NCBI GenBank assembly: GCA_036835125.1
Contig: DAITMO010000001.1
Coordinates: 609,399 to 673,398 of the forward strand
Source of the DNA: Patescibacteria group bacterium
GTDB taxonomy: Bacteria > Patescibacteriota > Microgenomatia > UBA8517
Reading direction: 5' to 3'
DNA length: 64,000 nt
The notes under the pieces are model-generated. The model did no database searches, was not told the DNA's origin, and was given only the letters and a program-made list of their open reading frames with translations. The stretch's first letter is position 1. Each line of letters starts with the position of its first letter. The translations under genes were made by a program, and so were the position numbers. This document shows, piece by piece, positions 49,293 to 59,515 of the stretch.

Positions 49293-50392
49293 GCTCCAAT
49301 CTTGAATTCCACCACATCTCCATCCTGCATTATGTAGTCGCGTCCCTCACTTCTAACTTTTCCTTCGTCCCTACAAGCTTTCCATCCACCAATAGAAACA
49401 AAATCGTTAAAGGAAACAACATCTGCTTTAATAAATTTCTTTATAAAATCAGTGTGAATTACACCGGCTGCTTCTTGTGCACTTATCCCCGCTTTTATGG
49501 TCCATGCTCTCACTTCTTTTTCCCCTGCAGTTAAGAATGTTGCAAGGCCAAGAGTTGAAAATGCTTTTTGAATTAACCTCTCTAAACCTGATTTTTCAAT
49601 TCCCAAATCCTGCATATAGACTTTTTGATCACCCTCCGAGAGTTCTGAAAGTTCACTCTCTGTCTTGGCACAAATTATTACAACTTGACCCGGATTAAGT
49701 TTTAGTTTCTCTGCATATTCTATCTCCAACTCACTACTTCTTTTTAAATCTCCTTCATCAACATTCAAGACAATCAAAATTGGCCTTGCTGTTAAAAGAC
49801 CAAGTTGTTTAATAATGTTCTTTTCTTCATCTGTTAAATCTAAACTTCTAACCATTTCATTTTTCTCAAGTGAAGTTTTAATTTTTTGAACAATCTGCCA
49901 CCACTTTATCAGTTCTTTATCTGGAGTATTCCCCGGATCTTTTTGTTTTTCTAAAGTTTGAAGATCGGAAAGAGCTAGTTCAGTTTCCAATACTTCAAAA
50001 TCAGCAACTGGCTCTTTCACCCCCTGTTTAACAACATCCGGATCGGTAAATCCTCGAAGAACATAACAAATTGCAGAAGTTTCCCTAATATGACTTAAGA
50101 ATTTGTTTCCAAGTCCCTCACCTTTACTTGCCCCTGCAATTAAGCCCGCAATATCGACAAATTCAACAGTTGCAGGGACCTCTGGGGGAAGATTTCCCAT
50201 ATTTTCGGATTTTTTAGTAACTTCTGCTAATTTTGATAATCTTGAGTCTGGTACAGGAACTACACCTATATTTGGTTCAATTGTAGCAAAAGGAAAGTTT
50301 GCCACATAAGCCTGTTGTTTTTTTAAAAGCGCATTAAAAAGTGTGGACTTCCCCACATTTGGCAAACCAACAATTCCTACAGATAAACTCAT
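49289..50392 (-). CDS. ychF: ribosome-binding ATPase YchF (Obg-family GTPase)
   Basis: GIVGLPNVGKSTLFNALLK and a C-terminal TGS domain. Confidence 0.9.
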   Translation of the reverse strand: MSLSVGIVGLPNVGKSTLFNALLKKQQAYVANFPFATIEPNIGVVPVPDSRLSKLAEVTKKSENMGNLPPEVPATVEFVDIAGLIAGASKGEGLGNKFLSHIRETSAICYVLRGFTDPDVVKQGVKEPVADFEVLETELALSDLQTLEKQKDPGNTPDKELIKWWQIVQKIKTSLEKNEMVRSLDLTDEEKNIIKQLGLLTARPILIVLNVDEGDLKRSSELEIEYAEKLKLNPGQVVIICAKTESELSELSEGDQKVYMQDLGIEKSGLERLIQKAFSTLGLATFLTAGEKEVRAWTIKAGISAQEAAGVIHTDFIKKFIKADVVSFNDFVSIGGWKACRDEGKVRSEGRDYIMQDGDVVEFKIGA

Positions 50393-50472
50393 GAAGCTAT
50401 TTTAACACAAGTACAAGATTTACATTAAAATCAACAGTTGATTTTTAAACTGTTTTCAGACAGAATTTTTGC

Positions 50473-50823
50473 ATGGCAACTAAGTATAAGGAATATTATG
50501 AAAATATGATTGAGGAAAATAAAGAACTTTTTGATGAGTTTACAAAAGCTCATTTTGAATATTCTATAGATGAAGATAAAAACCAGGAAGGTTTTAACAA
50601 GATTGGTAAAAAAGTATTGGATGTAATTCATGAATGGGAAAATAGACTTTGTAAAACTTCTGAAGGTGCAGGTTTTGGAAACTACACAGTTAATCTTGCT
50701 GAAAAGTTTCAAGCTGAAATTAAAAGCCACTTTCCCCTAATTGATCATGTTGGAATAATCGTGACAAAAAGGAATATTTCTCCAACAAACAATTTTTCAC
50801 TTAAGAAAATAAAACTGAATTAA
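50473..50823 (+). CDS. hypothetical protein
   Basis: 116 aa with no recognisable motif. Confidence 0.3.
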   Translation: MATKYKEYYENMIEENKELFDEFTKAHFEYSIDEDKNQEGFNKIGKKVLDVIHEWENRLCKTSEGAGFGNYTVNLAEKFQAEIKSHFPLIDHVGIIVTKRNISPTNNFSLKKIKLN

Positions 50824-51422
50824 AGAACAAGAAGTATTGACCCAATAATTATTAAGGCCCCAACTCCTGCCCCTACAAATGTGGGCCAATTCGTCCCTGT
50901 TACTGGAATTACCGGAGTTGCACTAGGTGTTGCAGATTTTGTGGTCTTTGGTGTTGCACTAGCAGTCGCTGTTGCACTTGCACTGGGAGTTGCACTAGCA
51001 GTCGCCTCAACTGTCGGTGTTGGAGTTGGAGATGTGCATGCTGTTAAATTTGTAGTCCAAGCGGCACCCAATGATGGACAACAATATTTAGTGGATCCAC
51101 AAATAGCAGTCGTACCAACATTTGCAATTGTTGAACAACTAATTTCTTGAGGTGCGTCACCAGAGGTTGCAGAATAACAACTTCTAAGTAGGGATGTTTG
51201 ACCTGCTACAGGACAAGCTTCCGCTGCCGGACAAACTAGTGCAGCTGCTGCTTTTTCTCTAATATCCTGTTGTTGTTTGACAAGATATACCCCAACAGCA
51301 ACGCTTACTCCCAAAAATACTACAGCTAGTGCCCCAACAATCAAACCTGTTTTACTATTTTTACCTGACTTTGAGGTAGTAACTACACTAAAATTTGCTT
51401 GATTATTGTTACCTTGTTGCAT
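50820..51422 (-). CDS. small Cys-rich membrane/surface protein with Thr/Ala/Ser/Pro linker and C-terminal hydrophobic segment
   Basis: N-terminal TM helix. The Cys-rich block has 10 Cys. Linker TPTPTPTVEATASATPSASATATASATP. C-terminus ...VIPVTGTNWPTFVGAGVGALIIIGSILLVL has an [LI]PxTG-like IPVTG followed by a hydrophobic tail. Confidence 0.45.
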   Translation of the reverse strand: MQQGNNNQANFSVVTTSKSGKNSKTGLIVGALAVVFLGVSVAVGVYLVKQQQDIREKAAAALVCPAAEACPVAGQTSLLRSCYSATSGDAPQEISCSTIANVGTTAICGSTKYCCPSLGAAWTTNLTACTSPTPTPTVEATASATPSASATATASATPKTTKSATPSATPVIPVTGTNWPTFVGAGVGALIIIGSILLVL

Positions 51423-51464
51423 AAATTAATGATAGCGGAAAAAAAGACACACGTAAACAATTTA

Positions 51465-52868
51465 CTAACTAACCTGGTTATCTGATACTAAGAAACCAGC
51501 TTTTATTATTTCATCCCTTATTTTGTCAGCTTCTTCATATTTTCCTTGGCTTCTTAGATTCTGCCTTTTGTCCATTAATATTTTAATATCATCCGGAATC
51601 TGTTTATTAAGAACTAAATTTTCAGACAACTTCAATCCAAGTATTTCATCAAAGCTTATTACAAGATCATATTTATCATTTGACGGAATATTACTCCCAA
51701 GCATGGACCACATTACTGCTAAAGCTTTAGGGGTATTTAAATCATCACTAACTGCAAGCATAAAATCGTTCCTAAACATTTCTATCTTTTGATCTTTCTC
51801 CTCTGAAAGAGTTGTTCTTTCAGTGTTTAGTTTAAGACTTGATACTAAAGATCTAAGTTTATTTAAGGCGTTTTGAGAAGCAGATAAACTCTCCCATGTA
51901 AAATTCAGGGGATCACGATAATGTGCTCCAAGATAAAGGTAGCGTAAAGCCAGTGGGTCAAATCCCTTCTTCTCTATATCAGCAACTGTATAAAAATTCC
52001 CTAAAGATTTACTCATCTTTTTACCATCAACCATTAAAAATGCCGTATGAAGCCAGTACTTGGCAAATGGTTTCTTGCCTGTTCCTGCTTCACTTTGTGC
52101 AATTTCATTTGGATGGTGAATACTAATGTGATCTTCTCCCCCAGTATGAATATCAAATTGTTCACCAAGATATTTCATACTCATTGCAGAGCATTCAATA
52201 TGCCACCCTGGAAATCCATCTCCCCATGGGGAATCCCAATGCATTGTGTGGTCAGAAAATCTCCCAATTCTTTTAAACCAAAGAGTAAAGTCGGCAGGAT
52301 GCTTTTTATACTCCCCTGTTTTAACTTCACTTCTCACTGCTACTTGTTTGTCTTCCAATTTTTGTCCAAAAGACTTTCCATATTCAGAAAACTTTGTGAC
52401 ATCAAAATAAACCGCTTCGGGTGTGTCATAACCATATCCATTTTCAAGTATCTTTTTAATTAGATTTATTTGATCTTCTATGTGATCTGTAGCTTTACAA
52501 ATAACATCAGGGCGAATGATATTAAGCTTATCCATTGACTCATAGAAGTTCTTTGTATAGTATTCAGCAATTTCCCAAACCGTTTTTCCATACTTGAAAG
52601 CTCCTTTTTCCATCTTATCCTCACCTTCATCCGCATCACTTGCTAAATGCCCTACATCAGTAACATTTTGAACATGTTTAACTTTGTAGCCACTTGTCGT
52701 AAGAACTCTTTTTAAAACATCATCAATGACATACTTTCTGCCATGTCCAATATGTGCAAAGTCATATACGGTCATTCCACAGGTATACATTCCAACATTT
52801 GGAGGAGTAATTGGAAGAAACTTTTCTTTTTGCCTACTTAATGTGTTTGTAAGATATATGTCAGCCAC
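51465..52868 (-). CDS. cysS: cysteinyl-tRNA synthetase
   Basis: Class I HIGH (FAHIGHGR) and KMSKS motifs, plus the Zn-binding Cys in TCGMT. Confidence 0.9.
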   Translation of the reverse strand: MADIYLTNTLSRQKEKFLPITPPNVGMYTCGMTVYDFAHIGHGRKYVIDDVLKRVLTTSGYKVKHVQNVTDVGHLASDADEGEDKMEKGAFKYGKTVWEIAEYYTKNFYESMDKLNIIRPDVICKATDHIEDQINLIKKILENGYGYDTPEAVYFDVTKFSEYGKSFGQKLEDKQVAVRSEVKTGEYKKHPADFTLWFKRIGRFSDHTMHWDSPWGDGFPGWHIECSAMSMKYLGEQFDIHTGGEDHISIHHPNEIAQSEAGTGKKPFAKYWLHTAFLMVDGKKMSKSLGNFYTVADIEKKGFDPLALRYLYLGAHYRDPLNFTWESLSASQNALNKLRSLVSSLKLNTERTTLSEEKDQKIEMFRNDFMLAVSDDLNTPKALAVMWSMLGSNIPSNDKYDLVISFDEILGLKLSENLVLNKQIPDDIKILMDKRQNLRSQGKYEEADKIRDEIIKAGFLVSDNQVS

Positions 52869-53289
52869 GATTTATTATATCAGAAGGTTCTATGCGTTTG
52901 ACTCCCAATTTATCAAAATCCTTGTCATATGACAAAATTACTAATTCTTTATTCTGAACTTCATATATTGAAGCAATCAATACATCAATAAATTTAACCG
53001 AATTTTTCTTGTACATGTCCAGGGCTTTTAAGTAAGAATATCTATCTTTAATTTCTAGATTTGGAATATTTAAAATACTTCTGACAGCGTCAGTCACTTT
53101 ATCTTTGGAAAAATTATAAAATGATCCCAATGTCCAAACAATTTCAGAAATTACAATACCCGAAGTAACAGCAGATATTTTTCCTTTTTTTATTTTTTCA
53201 AATAAAACCAAACATTCAGTTAACATTTTTGGGTTATCACCAGTAAAGACACGCAGAAATACATTTGTATCAATGAAATATTTTTTCAT
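52861..53289 (-). CDS. vapC: PIN-domain toxin VapC
   Basis: FIDTNVFL with the N-terminal acidic residue and ...SYDKDFDKLG in the C-terminal acidic cluster. Confidence 0.7.
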   Translation of the reverse strand: MKKYFIDTNVFLRVFTGDNPKMLTECLVLFEKIKKGKISAVTSGIVISEIVWTLGSFYNFSKDKVTDAVRSILNIPNLEIKDRYSYLKALDMYKKNSVKFIDVLIASIYEVQNKELVILSYDKDFDKLGVKRIEPSDIINRG

Positions 53290-53531
53290 TAAAATCTTTT
53301 ATAATTTCTCTCTATTTGTTTTCTAGCCTCAACTATACCTAATGCTCCTTTTGGAAGCTTAAACATACCAGCCATATCTGAAATATCAGGACCAACTGGT
53401 TCGATTTTGACACTTCCGTCGGAAACTGAAACCAATACTTTAGAATTTGGAGAAATACTAACTTTATCTCTCATCTTTTTAGGAAGTGTTACCTGTCCTT
53501 TTTGTGTTACTGTTGCTAATTGTGCTTCCAT
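53289..53531 (-). CDS. vapB: AbrB/SpoVT-type antitoxin VapB
   Basis: KGQVTLPKKMRDKVSISPNSKVLVSV...GSVKIEPV is a looped-hinge helix fold motif. It overlaps vapC by 1 nt. Confidence 0.6.
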   Translation of the reverse strand: MEAQLATVTQKGQVTLPKKMRDKVSISPNSKVLVSVSDGSVKIEPVGPDISDMAGMFKLPKGALGIVEARKQIERNYKRF

Positions 53532-53577
53532 ATAAGTAATATTATTTCAAAAGTAATACTTTGTCAATAGTATTACT

Positions 53578-54120
53578 CTATCCACTTGGAGGAACTGGTT
53601 TTTCTACTCTGGTTTGTTGTTTTTCTGCTTCGTGCTTCTGTCCTGCACCAAACCTACGACTTGGTTTAGAGCTAACTGATGGTACTTCCTGAACTGAAGA
53701 TTGAAACTCAGCTTGTTGTTTTTGAAACTTAACCGCTTCCATCTGTGCTTTTAAAACTTGCTTTTGTTCCATCGAAAGCTCGGGGTAATCCTCCAGTGGA
53801 ATTTCTATGCCTTCCGAGATTTTTGCTTGAAGATCTTTAAACAAATCACCCTTTCTAATATCCTCTATTTCATTCTGAAGTGCTTGCATTCTTCTTTCAG
53901 AAAAAGCTTTATCTTTTACCTTTTGTTGTTCAGTTTCCTGTAAACTTGGTTCTACTTGATTTTTTGGTGTTTGATTTTCCAAAGGCTTTGAAGTTTCTTG
54001 TCCTGTTACTTGCTCTCTTGCATCTTTTAAAATTTCTATTGGTTCTTCCGCAACCTGCCTTGCTATTTTTTGAGCAAGGTCAACTGCACTTTGTCCTGTT
54101 TGTTTGGCAGTATTGTTCAT
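53578..54120 (-). CDS. hypothetical coiled-coil protein (Gln/Glu/Lys-rich)
   Basis: 180 aa, low complexity; last gene of the dnaX-ybaB-recR operon. Confidence 0.35.
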   Translation of the reverse strand: MNNTAKQTGQSAVDLAQKIARQVAEEPIEILKDAREQVTGQETSKPLENQTPKNQVEPSLQETEQQKVKDKAFSERRMQALQNEIEDIRKGDLFKDLQAKISEGIEIPLEDYPELSMEQKQVLKAQMEAVKFQKQQAEFQSSVQEVPSVSSKPSRRFGAGQKHEAEKQQTRVEKPVPPSG

Positions 54121-54127
54121 GTTTTTT

Positions 54128-54730
54128 TTAGAGCTCGCGTCTTCCTTCTATCGCTTGCGTAAGAGTTGTTTCATCTGCATATTCCAAATCAGCCCCTGTT
54201 GGAATTCCCATACCAAGTCTTGTTACTTTTAACTTTTCATTTTTTGCTTTTATTTGCTTTGTTAGATACATTGCAGTTGCCTCTCCCTCCATCGTCGGGT
54301 TTGTGGCAATTATTACTTCTTTAATTAACTTATCACCTGATCTACCAACCAAATCATCTATATATATTTCATCAGGACCGATATTCTCTAAAGGATTAAT
54401 GGCTCCATGAAGTACATGATATATTCCTTTGAATCTCCCTGTTCTTTCAAATGCCAGAACGTCCAAAGGTTGCTCTACTACCAAAATTATTGAATGATCA
54501 CGGTTTGGGTCTCTACAAATATGACAAGGGTCTGTTTCGTTTACATTTTTACATATTGAGCAAAGTTTTGTGTCTTTTTTTAAATTTTTTAAATTATCTG
54601 AAAAATCATCTAATTGAGATTGTGGAACATGAAGCAAATAGTATGTTAATCTTTGAGCACTCTTTGGTCCCACGCCAGGAAGTTTTTGAAAAGATTCAAT
54701 AAGGGCCGCAATTGGTCGAGCAACTTTCAT
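54128..54730 (-). CDS. recR: recombination protein RecR
   Basis: PGVGPKSAQRL (HhH), C4 zinc finger CSICKNV...CHICRD, and a Toprim domain. Confidence 0.9.
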   Translation of the reverse strand: MKVARPIAALIESFQKLPGVGPKSAQRLTYYLLHVPQSQLDDFSDNLKNLKKDTKLCSICKNVNETDPCHICRDPNRDHSIILVVEQPLDVLAFERTGRFKGIYHVLHGAINPLENIGPDEIYIDDLVGRSGDKLIKEVIIATNPTMEGEATAMYLTKQIKAKNEKLKVTRLGMGIPTGADLEYADETTLTQAIEGRREL

Positions 54731-54749
54731 ACTGTCATTCTAACTGAAG

Positions 54750-55028
54750 TTACTTTCCTAGTCCACCCAGAAGTCCACCCAAGCCTCCACCCATTTCCAT
54801 CATCTTTTTAGCCGATTCCTTTTGAACGTCTTTCATTAAATCATTTATCAAATCGGTTAGTTCTTTTAAGTCTTCATCACCCTTTTTGATATAGCGGATT
54901 TTTTGGTCCCCTGTAACAGAAACCGTATAACCATGTTTCTCCACAGTTTTAATAATTTTTTCTAGTTCTTTTTGCAGCTCTTTTGCTTGTCGCTGCATAT
55001 TTGCTAAGTCTTTTATTTTGTCAAACAT
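54750..55028 (-). CDS. ybaB: nucleoid-associated protein YbaB/EbfC
   Basis: MFDKIKDLANMQRQAKELQKELEKI...VTGDQKI..., a conserved architecture. Confidence 0.85.
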   Translation of the reverse strand: MFDKIKDLANMQRQAKELQKELEKIIKTVEKHGYTVSVTGDQKIRYIKKGDEDLKELTDLINDLMKDVQKESAKKMMEMGGGLGGLLGGLGK

Positions 55029-55065
55029 ATTTATTTTTATTGAAAGCTTTGCTCACCAAGCATTT

Positions 55066-56622
55066 CTAATTACTAAACAACTCTTCCGCTGCCTTGATTA
55101 TATCTTGATCTTTTCCTTCAGTCAAAACTACATCAACTTTTGCTTCTTCAACCACCTTTTTTGGTGGTGGATCAACCAAAATACAACAAACTTTTGTTGG
55201 AGATTTAAAAACTTTCCCAATAATTTCCTCTAATATTTTTCTATGCTTTGCTTCCTCAATCCTCTCTTTATGAAATTTATAATAAACACCTAAAGTTAGG
55301 GCTTTCCCATTGTATGAAACTGGTTTTGAAGCGCGAAGTAATGCTTCCATTGAAGCATTAATAGGTTTAACTAGGGAAAGTATATTTTTCCAGACTTCAT
55401 TATCAACACCCAAATCACCAATCAAATCCTGTCCTGTAACAAGTGTTTGACTAATAACTTCGTTGGAATCTTTCGTAACTATATCTTCTACTTTAGTTTC
55501 AGGGGTAGGAGCGGTGGCTAATACTTTTGGGGGTGTTGGATCTTTTTCTTTAATTTCTTTCTCTTCAACTACTTCTTTTTCCCCACCCTCAACATCTTTT
55601 TCCCCACACCATTTCATTACAGCAAGTTCTAAAGATAACTCCTCAATAGGGCTTTCTCCTACCTCACCATATGCTTTATTTAATAGTTCTATTAAGGTAA
55701 CAAGCTCCTTTTTTGAAAGGTCATTAACAATAGATTCCCCAATCCCTACTTTAGACAATAATTCCATTCTTAGCTTTTTAACAAGAGATTCTATAAAACT
55801 TTCAACACTCACTCCTTTTGAGTCTAGCGTACCAATTTCTTTTAAAAGTCTTGTCAAATTTCTATCAATTAATAGTTTGATAAAACCGTCCAAATCATAT
55901 GATTTATTTTTAAAAAGGAATTCTGACAAACCTTCAACCGTCAATTCTTTTTCTTCAGATACCAACTGTTCAAGTATTTTAATTGCATCTCTAAATGCTC
56001 CATCTGCTGCCTCAGCAATAAGTTTTAATCCATCTTCTTCAATTTTTATCTTTTCCCCTTCCGCTACTCTTTTTAGAGATCTAACAATTTCAGGAATGCT
56101 TGCCTTTTTAAACTGAATTAAAGTAGCACGCGATCTAATAGTCTCAATTAATTTTTCAGGATTAGTGGTCGCAAGTATAAAATAAACGTGGGCAGGAGGT
56201 TCTTCTAAAGTTTTTAATAGTGCATTTTCAGCTTCAGTTGTGAGCATATGAACTTCATCAATTATGTAGATTTTGTTTCTTCCCGAGACTGGAGAAAGCT
56301 TTACTGCATCCCGTAAAACTCTAACATCATCAATTCCCCGATGGCTTGCTGCATCCATTTCAACAACATCAAGATTGTTCCCGTTGGTTATTCCCAAACA
56401 CTCTTTACATTTATCACAAGGTTTTCCATTTTTTAAATCCTCACAATTAAGAATCTTGGCCAGTATTCTTGCCGCCGAAGTTTTCCCTGTGCCCTTAGGT
56501 CCTGCAAATAAAAATGCATGGGGAATATTTTTTCCACTAACTATTTTTTTTAATGACTCGCTTACCAAAACTTCATCCAACTCATCTAAATTTTTGGGTC
56601 GGTACTTGAGGTATAAAGTCAT
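55066..56622 (-). CDS. dnaX: DNA polymerase III subunit gamma/tau
   Basis: YRPKNLDELDEV..., Walker A GPKGTGKTSAARILAKILNC, a Zn module CDKCKEC, and the SRC region. Confidence 0.9.
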   Translation of the reverse strand: MTLYLKYRPKNLDELDEVLVSESLKKIVSGKNIPHAFLFAGPKGTGKTSAARILAKILNCEDLKNGKPCDKCKECLGITNGNNLDVVEMDAASHRGIDDVRVLRDAVKLSPVSGRNKIYIIDEVHMLTTEAENALLKTLEEPPAHVYFILATTNPEKLIETIRSRATLIQFKKASIPEIVRSLKRVAEGEKIKIEEDGLKLIAEAADGAFRDAIKILEQLVSEEKELTVEGLSEFLFKNKSYDLDGFIKLLIDRNLTRLLKEIGTLDSKGVSVESFIESLVKKLRMELLSKVGIGESIVNDLSKKELVTLIELLNKAYGEVGESPIEELSLELAVMKWCGEKDVEGGEKEVVEEKEIKEKDPTPPKVLATAPTPETKVEDIVTKDSNEVISQTLVTGQDLIGDLGVDNEVWKNILSLVKPINASMEALLRASKPVSYNGKALTLGVYYKFHKERIEEAKHRKILEEIIGKVFKSPTKVCCILVDPPPKKVVEEAKVDVVLTEGKDQDIIKAAEELFSN

Positions 56623-56695
56623 ATAGGTTACTTACCAATTTACAATCTTTTCACAGTTTTTCAATTACTAAAACTATGTCAAAAAAAACACCATT

Positions 56696-57085
56696 TTACT
56701 CTTTATGGTGTATTCCCATAAGATGAAGTCCTCCGTGCTCAATTAATTCGTATATTCTCTCATCTATCAAAACATTTTCGGAAACCGCCTCTTTTACAGC
56801 TAAGGGGTAACAAACTATTATCTCCCCTAAGTTAATTGGACTGCCAGGCGGATAAACGAAACCCCCTTTTTCTTCTTCTGGAACAAATGATAGAACATTA
56901 TGAAGTTTCCTGTCTTTCAAATATTTCTTCCCAATTTCCATCATTTTTTTCTCCCCAACAATAGCAACAGACACTTCCGCATCTGATACTATCCCATGAT
57001 CAGCAAAAAACTTTACCAACTTCTTTTTAATGACAGGGATGGCAACAGGATAATTGGATTGTTTTGTAATAATTACCTTGATCAT
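56696..57085 (-). CDS. ybeY: endoribonuclease YbeY
   Basis: HGGLHLMGIHH (H-x3-H-x5-H zinc motif). Confidence 0.8.
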   Translation of the reverse strand: MIKVIITKQSNYPVAIPVIKKKLVKFFADHGIVSDAEVSVAIVGEKKMMEIGKKYLKDRKLHNVLSFVPEEEKGGFVYPPGSPINLGEIIVCYPLAVKEAVSENVLIDERIYELIEHGGLHLMGIHHKE

Positions 57086-57103
57086 TTTTGTTTATGAGGT
57101 GAA

Positions 57104-57541
57104 TTAACCAAGCTTACTTTTAACCATTTGTGCCACTTTCCCTCCATCTGCATTAGGAGCTTTTCCTTTTACAAACCCAATGACTTTACCCATGTCCTGC
57201 ATACCTGTTGGTTTAATAATGTTCATTGCTTCATCAACAATTTTGGTTAAATCCTCATCACTCATTTCAGGAGGTAAAAACTCTTGTAAAATTACAAGTT
57301 CTACTTTTTCTTTTTCAGAAAGATCAGGTCGATCAGCCTTATCATATGCCTCTATAGAATCTCTCCTTTGTTTAACCTCTCGTCTAACTACAGCAAGCTC
57401 TTCCTCTTCAGTTAAATCGTGTTGTTTTGCAATTTTTTCATAGTTAAAAGCAGATGAAAGAAGTCTTAGGGTTGAAGTCTTTACTTCATCGTGCGCTTTC
57501 ATTGCCTCTGCAATTTTTTGTTGTAAATCCTGAGTTATCAT
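57104..57541 (-). CDS. GatB/YqeY-domain protein
   Basis: MITQDLQQKIAEAMKAHDEVKTSTLRLL...VVRREVKQRRDSIEAY. Confidence 0.75.
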   Translation of the reverse strand: MITQDLQQKIAEAMKAHDEVKTSTLRLLSSAFNYEKIAKQHDLTEEEELAVVRREVKQRRDSIEAYDKADRPDLSEKEKVELVILQEFLPPEMSDEDLTKIVDEAMNIIKPTGMQDMGKVIGFVKGKAPNADGGKVAQMVKSKLG

Positions 57542-57891
57542 GTATATGATTTTATCTCGCCTGCCAACAAATGCAAATGAACATGCATTACTTCTTGATA
57601 TCTACCTCCATTAAAACACAGACGATAACCATCTAATAAATTCTTTTCTTTTATAAGACGTTGTGCTACTTTTGTCATACCAAAGATTTCATTGTTAATA
57701 TCTAAAAATGTTTCTGTGTGTTTTTTGGGAACAATTAGCCAATGAATATCTGCAACCGGCTGATTGCTTGGAAAAACTAAAAAATCATCATCTTCATAAA
57801 TGGCTTCCCCGGGAATTTCATTTTTGACAATCTTGCAAAAAACACAATCTTCCATGAATTTTATACTAGGTCGAATATTAAAGAAGATCAA
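57538..57891 (-). CDS. HIT-family (histidine triad) hydrolase
   Basis: CVFCKI... and HVHLHLL (HxHxHxx). The true start may be the internal Met at 57855. Confidence 0.8.
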   Translation of the reverse strand: MIFFNIRPSIKFMEDCVFCKIVKNEIPGEAIYEDDDFLVFPSNQPVADIHWLIVPKKHTETFLDINNEIFGMTKVAQRLIKEKNLLDGYRLCFNGGRYQEVMHVHLHLLAGEIKSYT

Positions 57892-57905
57892 GTATTAAGA
57901 AAAAA

Positions 57906-58190
57906 TTACTTTTGTCCACTTTCGAGAATTTCTTTTAAAGTTTTCCCCCCGTCAACCTTAATAGCTGCATGACAAACGACACTACATAATCCATCGGCAA
58001 TTAAATTTACACATCTTCGCTGTTCGCTACAAGCAAAATGTGGACTGTCACAATTGCCTTCGTCATCTAGATGAAAACAAACTTGCGAAACTTGAGTAGC
58101 CGGAAGATATTCATCATGTTTGCCTTTAGGAGGAAGAAAATCTATAACTTCCGTTAGTAAATTAATCCCTTCAAGCGATTCCCTGCCCAT
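57906..58190 (-). CDS. hypothetical Cys-rich protein
   Basis: 94 aa with 7 Cys and no assignable family. Confidence 0.3.
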   Translation of the reverse strand: MGRESLEGINLLTEVIDFLPPKGKHDEYLPATQVSQVCFHLDDEGNCDSPHFACSEQRRCVNLIADGLCSVVCHAAIKVDGGKTLKEILESGQK

Positions 58191-58270
58191 GACGCCAATT
58201 ATAAATCACAATTTCAAAAAGTCAACAAGCCTGAAGTAAACCTAATTATTGTTTTGCAGAGTTATATGTT

Positions 58271-59500
58271 TCAAGGTAAAAGCCTTTTGTTTATTTCTTC
58301 TAAACTCAAAAGTTCGTTCTTCTTGGAATCTCTCTCTTTCCACTCAATTCTATCTCCATTACGCTCCGAAATTACTAATCTAAGTGGAATTCCAATGAGG
58401 TCTGCATCTGCAAATTTTTCTCCTGCTGGAACATTTCTGTCATCCCACAGGGTGTCAACCCCAATGTCTTTTAATTTATTATAAATTTCTTCTCCCTTTC
58501 TCCCTGGAAGTTCAACTAGGTGAACATCAAATGGAGCAATTGCTTTGTTCCAAATAATTCCATGATCATCATGTGACACTTCCACCCATGTTCCCATAAC
58601 TCTGGTAGGGCCTATTCCATAACTTGCAAACCATACTGGTTTTTTAAGTCCCTTTTCATCTGTAAAGTAGACTCTCATGCGCTCTGCATACCAAGTACCA
58701 AGTGGAAAAATATTTCCAACCTCCACTGTTTTATCTAATTTTTCTATTTTTCCCTTCTTGCAAACTGGACATAAATCTTCCTCTTTTCCATCATATATTT
58801 CCTTATTTACAGCAAAATTACACTTATCACATGCATAAACAATATCCTCTCCATTTGCGTTTAATACTTGAAATTCGTGCGTATGCTTTTCGGTAAATAC
58901 TCCTCCACTAGCCTCAACCACCTTAAAATCAAACCCAATTCTCTTAAAGATCTTTATATAAGCTTCTTTTATTTTCTCGTAGTACCCCATCATGTCTTCT
59001 TCATTTACATGAGCTGAGTAAAGATCCTTCATCAAAAACTCCCTGCCTCTTAAGATTCCAGAACGTGCTCTTGGTTCATTTCTAAACTTTGTAGAAAACT
59101 GGTAAATTGAAACAGGTAAATCTTGGTAGCTTTTAATGTTTTTACGAAGAAGGTCCATCACAATTTCTTCATGAGTAAAAGAAAGTACATAATCTTTTTT
59201 CCTTGTATCAGTTAGCTTGTACATTATCTCGTCCGCTTTATCCCAACGCCCAGTTTCTGCCCAAATTTCTTTTGGGTGAAGAAGTGGCATTGCAAGCTCT
59301 AATCCTCCAACAGCGTTTATCTCTTCCCTTATAATATTATTTATTTTTGTAACAACTTTTAAACCCAAAGGAAGTAAAGTAAAACTACCACTCATAAGCT
59401 GATCTATAAATCCTCCACGAACCAAAAGTTTATGATTAATGCTCTCAGCATCTTTTGGCGCTTCTCTTCTAGTTTTTGGAAATAGTTCTGATTGCCTCAT
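58271..59500 (-). CDS. proS: prolyl-tRNA synthetase, minimal form
   Basis: SFTLLPLGLKV (motif 1), FRNEPRARSGILRGREFLMKDLYS (motif 2), an inserted CDKC...CPVCKKG zinc ribbon, and a C-terminal anticodon-binding-like GIPLRLVISERNGD. 409 aa with no editing domain. Confidence 0.75.
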   Translation of the reverse strand: MRQSELFPKTRREAPKDAESINHKLLVRGGFIDQLMSGSFTLLPLGLKVVTKINNIIREEINAVGGLELAMPLLHPKEIWAETGRWDKADEIMYKLTDTRKKDYVLSFTHEEIVMDLLRKNIKSYQDLPVSIYQFSTKFRNEPRARSGILRGREFLMKDLYSAHVNEEDMMGYYEKIKEAYIKIFKRIGFDFKVVEASGGVFTEKHTHEFQVLNANGEDIVYACDKCNFAVNKEIYDGKEEDLCPVCKKGKIEKLDKTVEVGNIFPLGTWYAERMRVYFTDEKGLKKPVWFASYGIGPTRVMGTWVEVSHDDHGIIWNKAIAPFDVHLVELPGRKGEEIYNKLKDIGVDTLWDDRNVPAGEKFADADLIGIPLRLVISERNGDRIEWKERDSKKNELLSLEEINKRLLP

Positions 59501-59515
59501 AATAAGCCTATTGTA

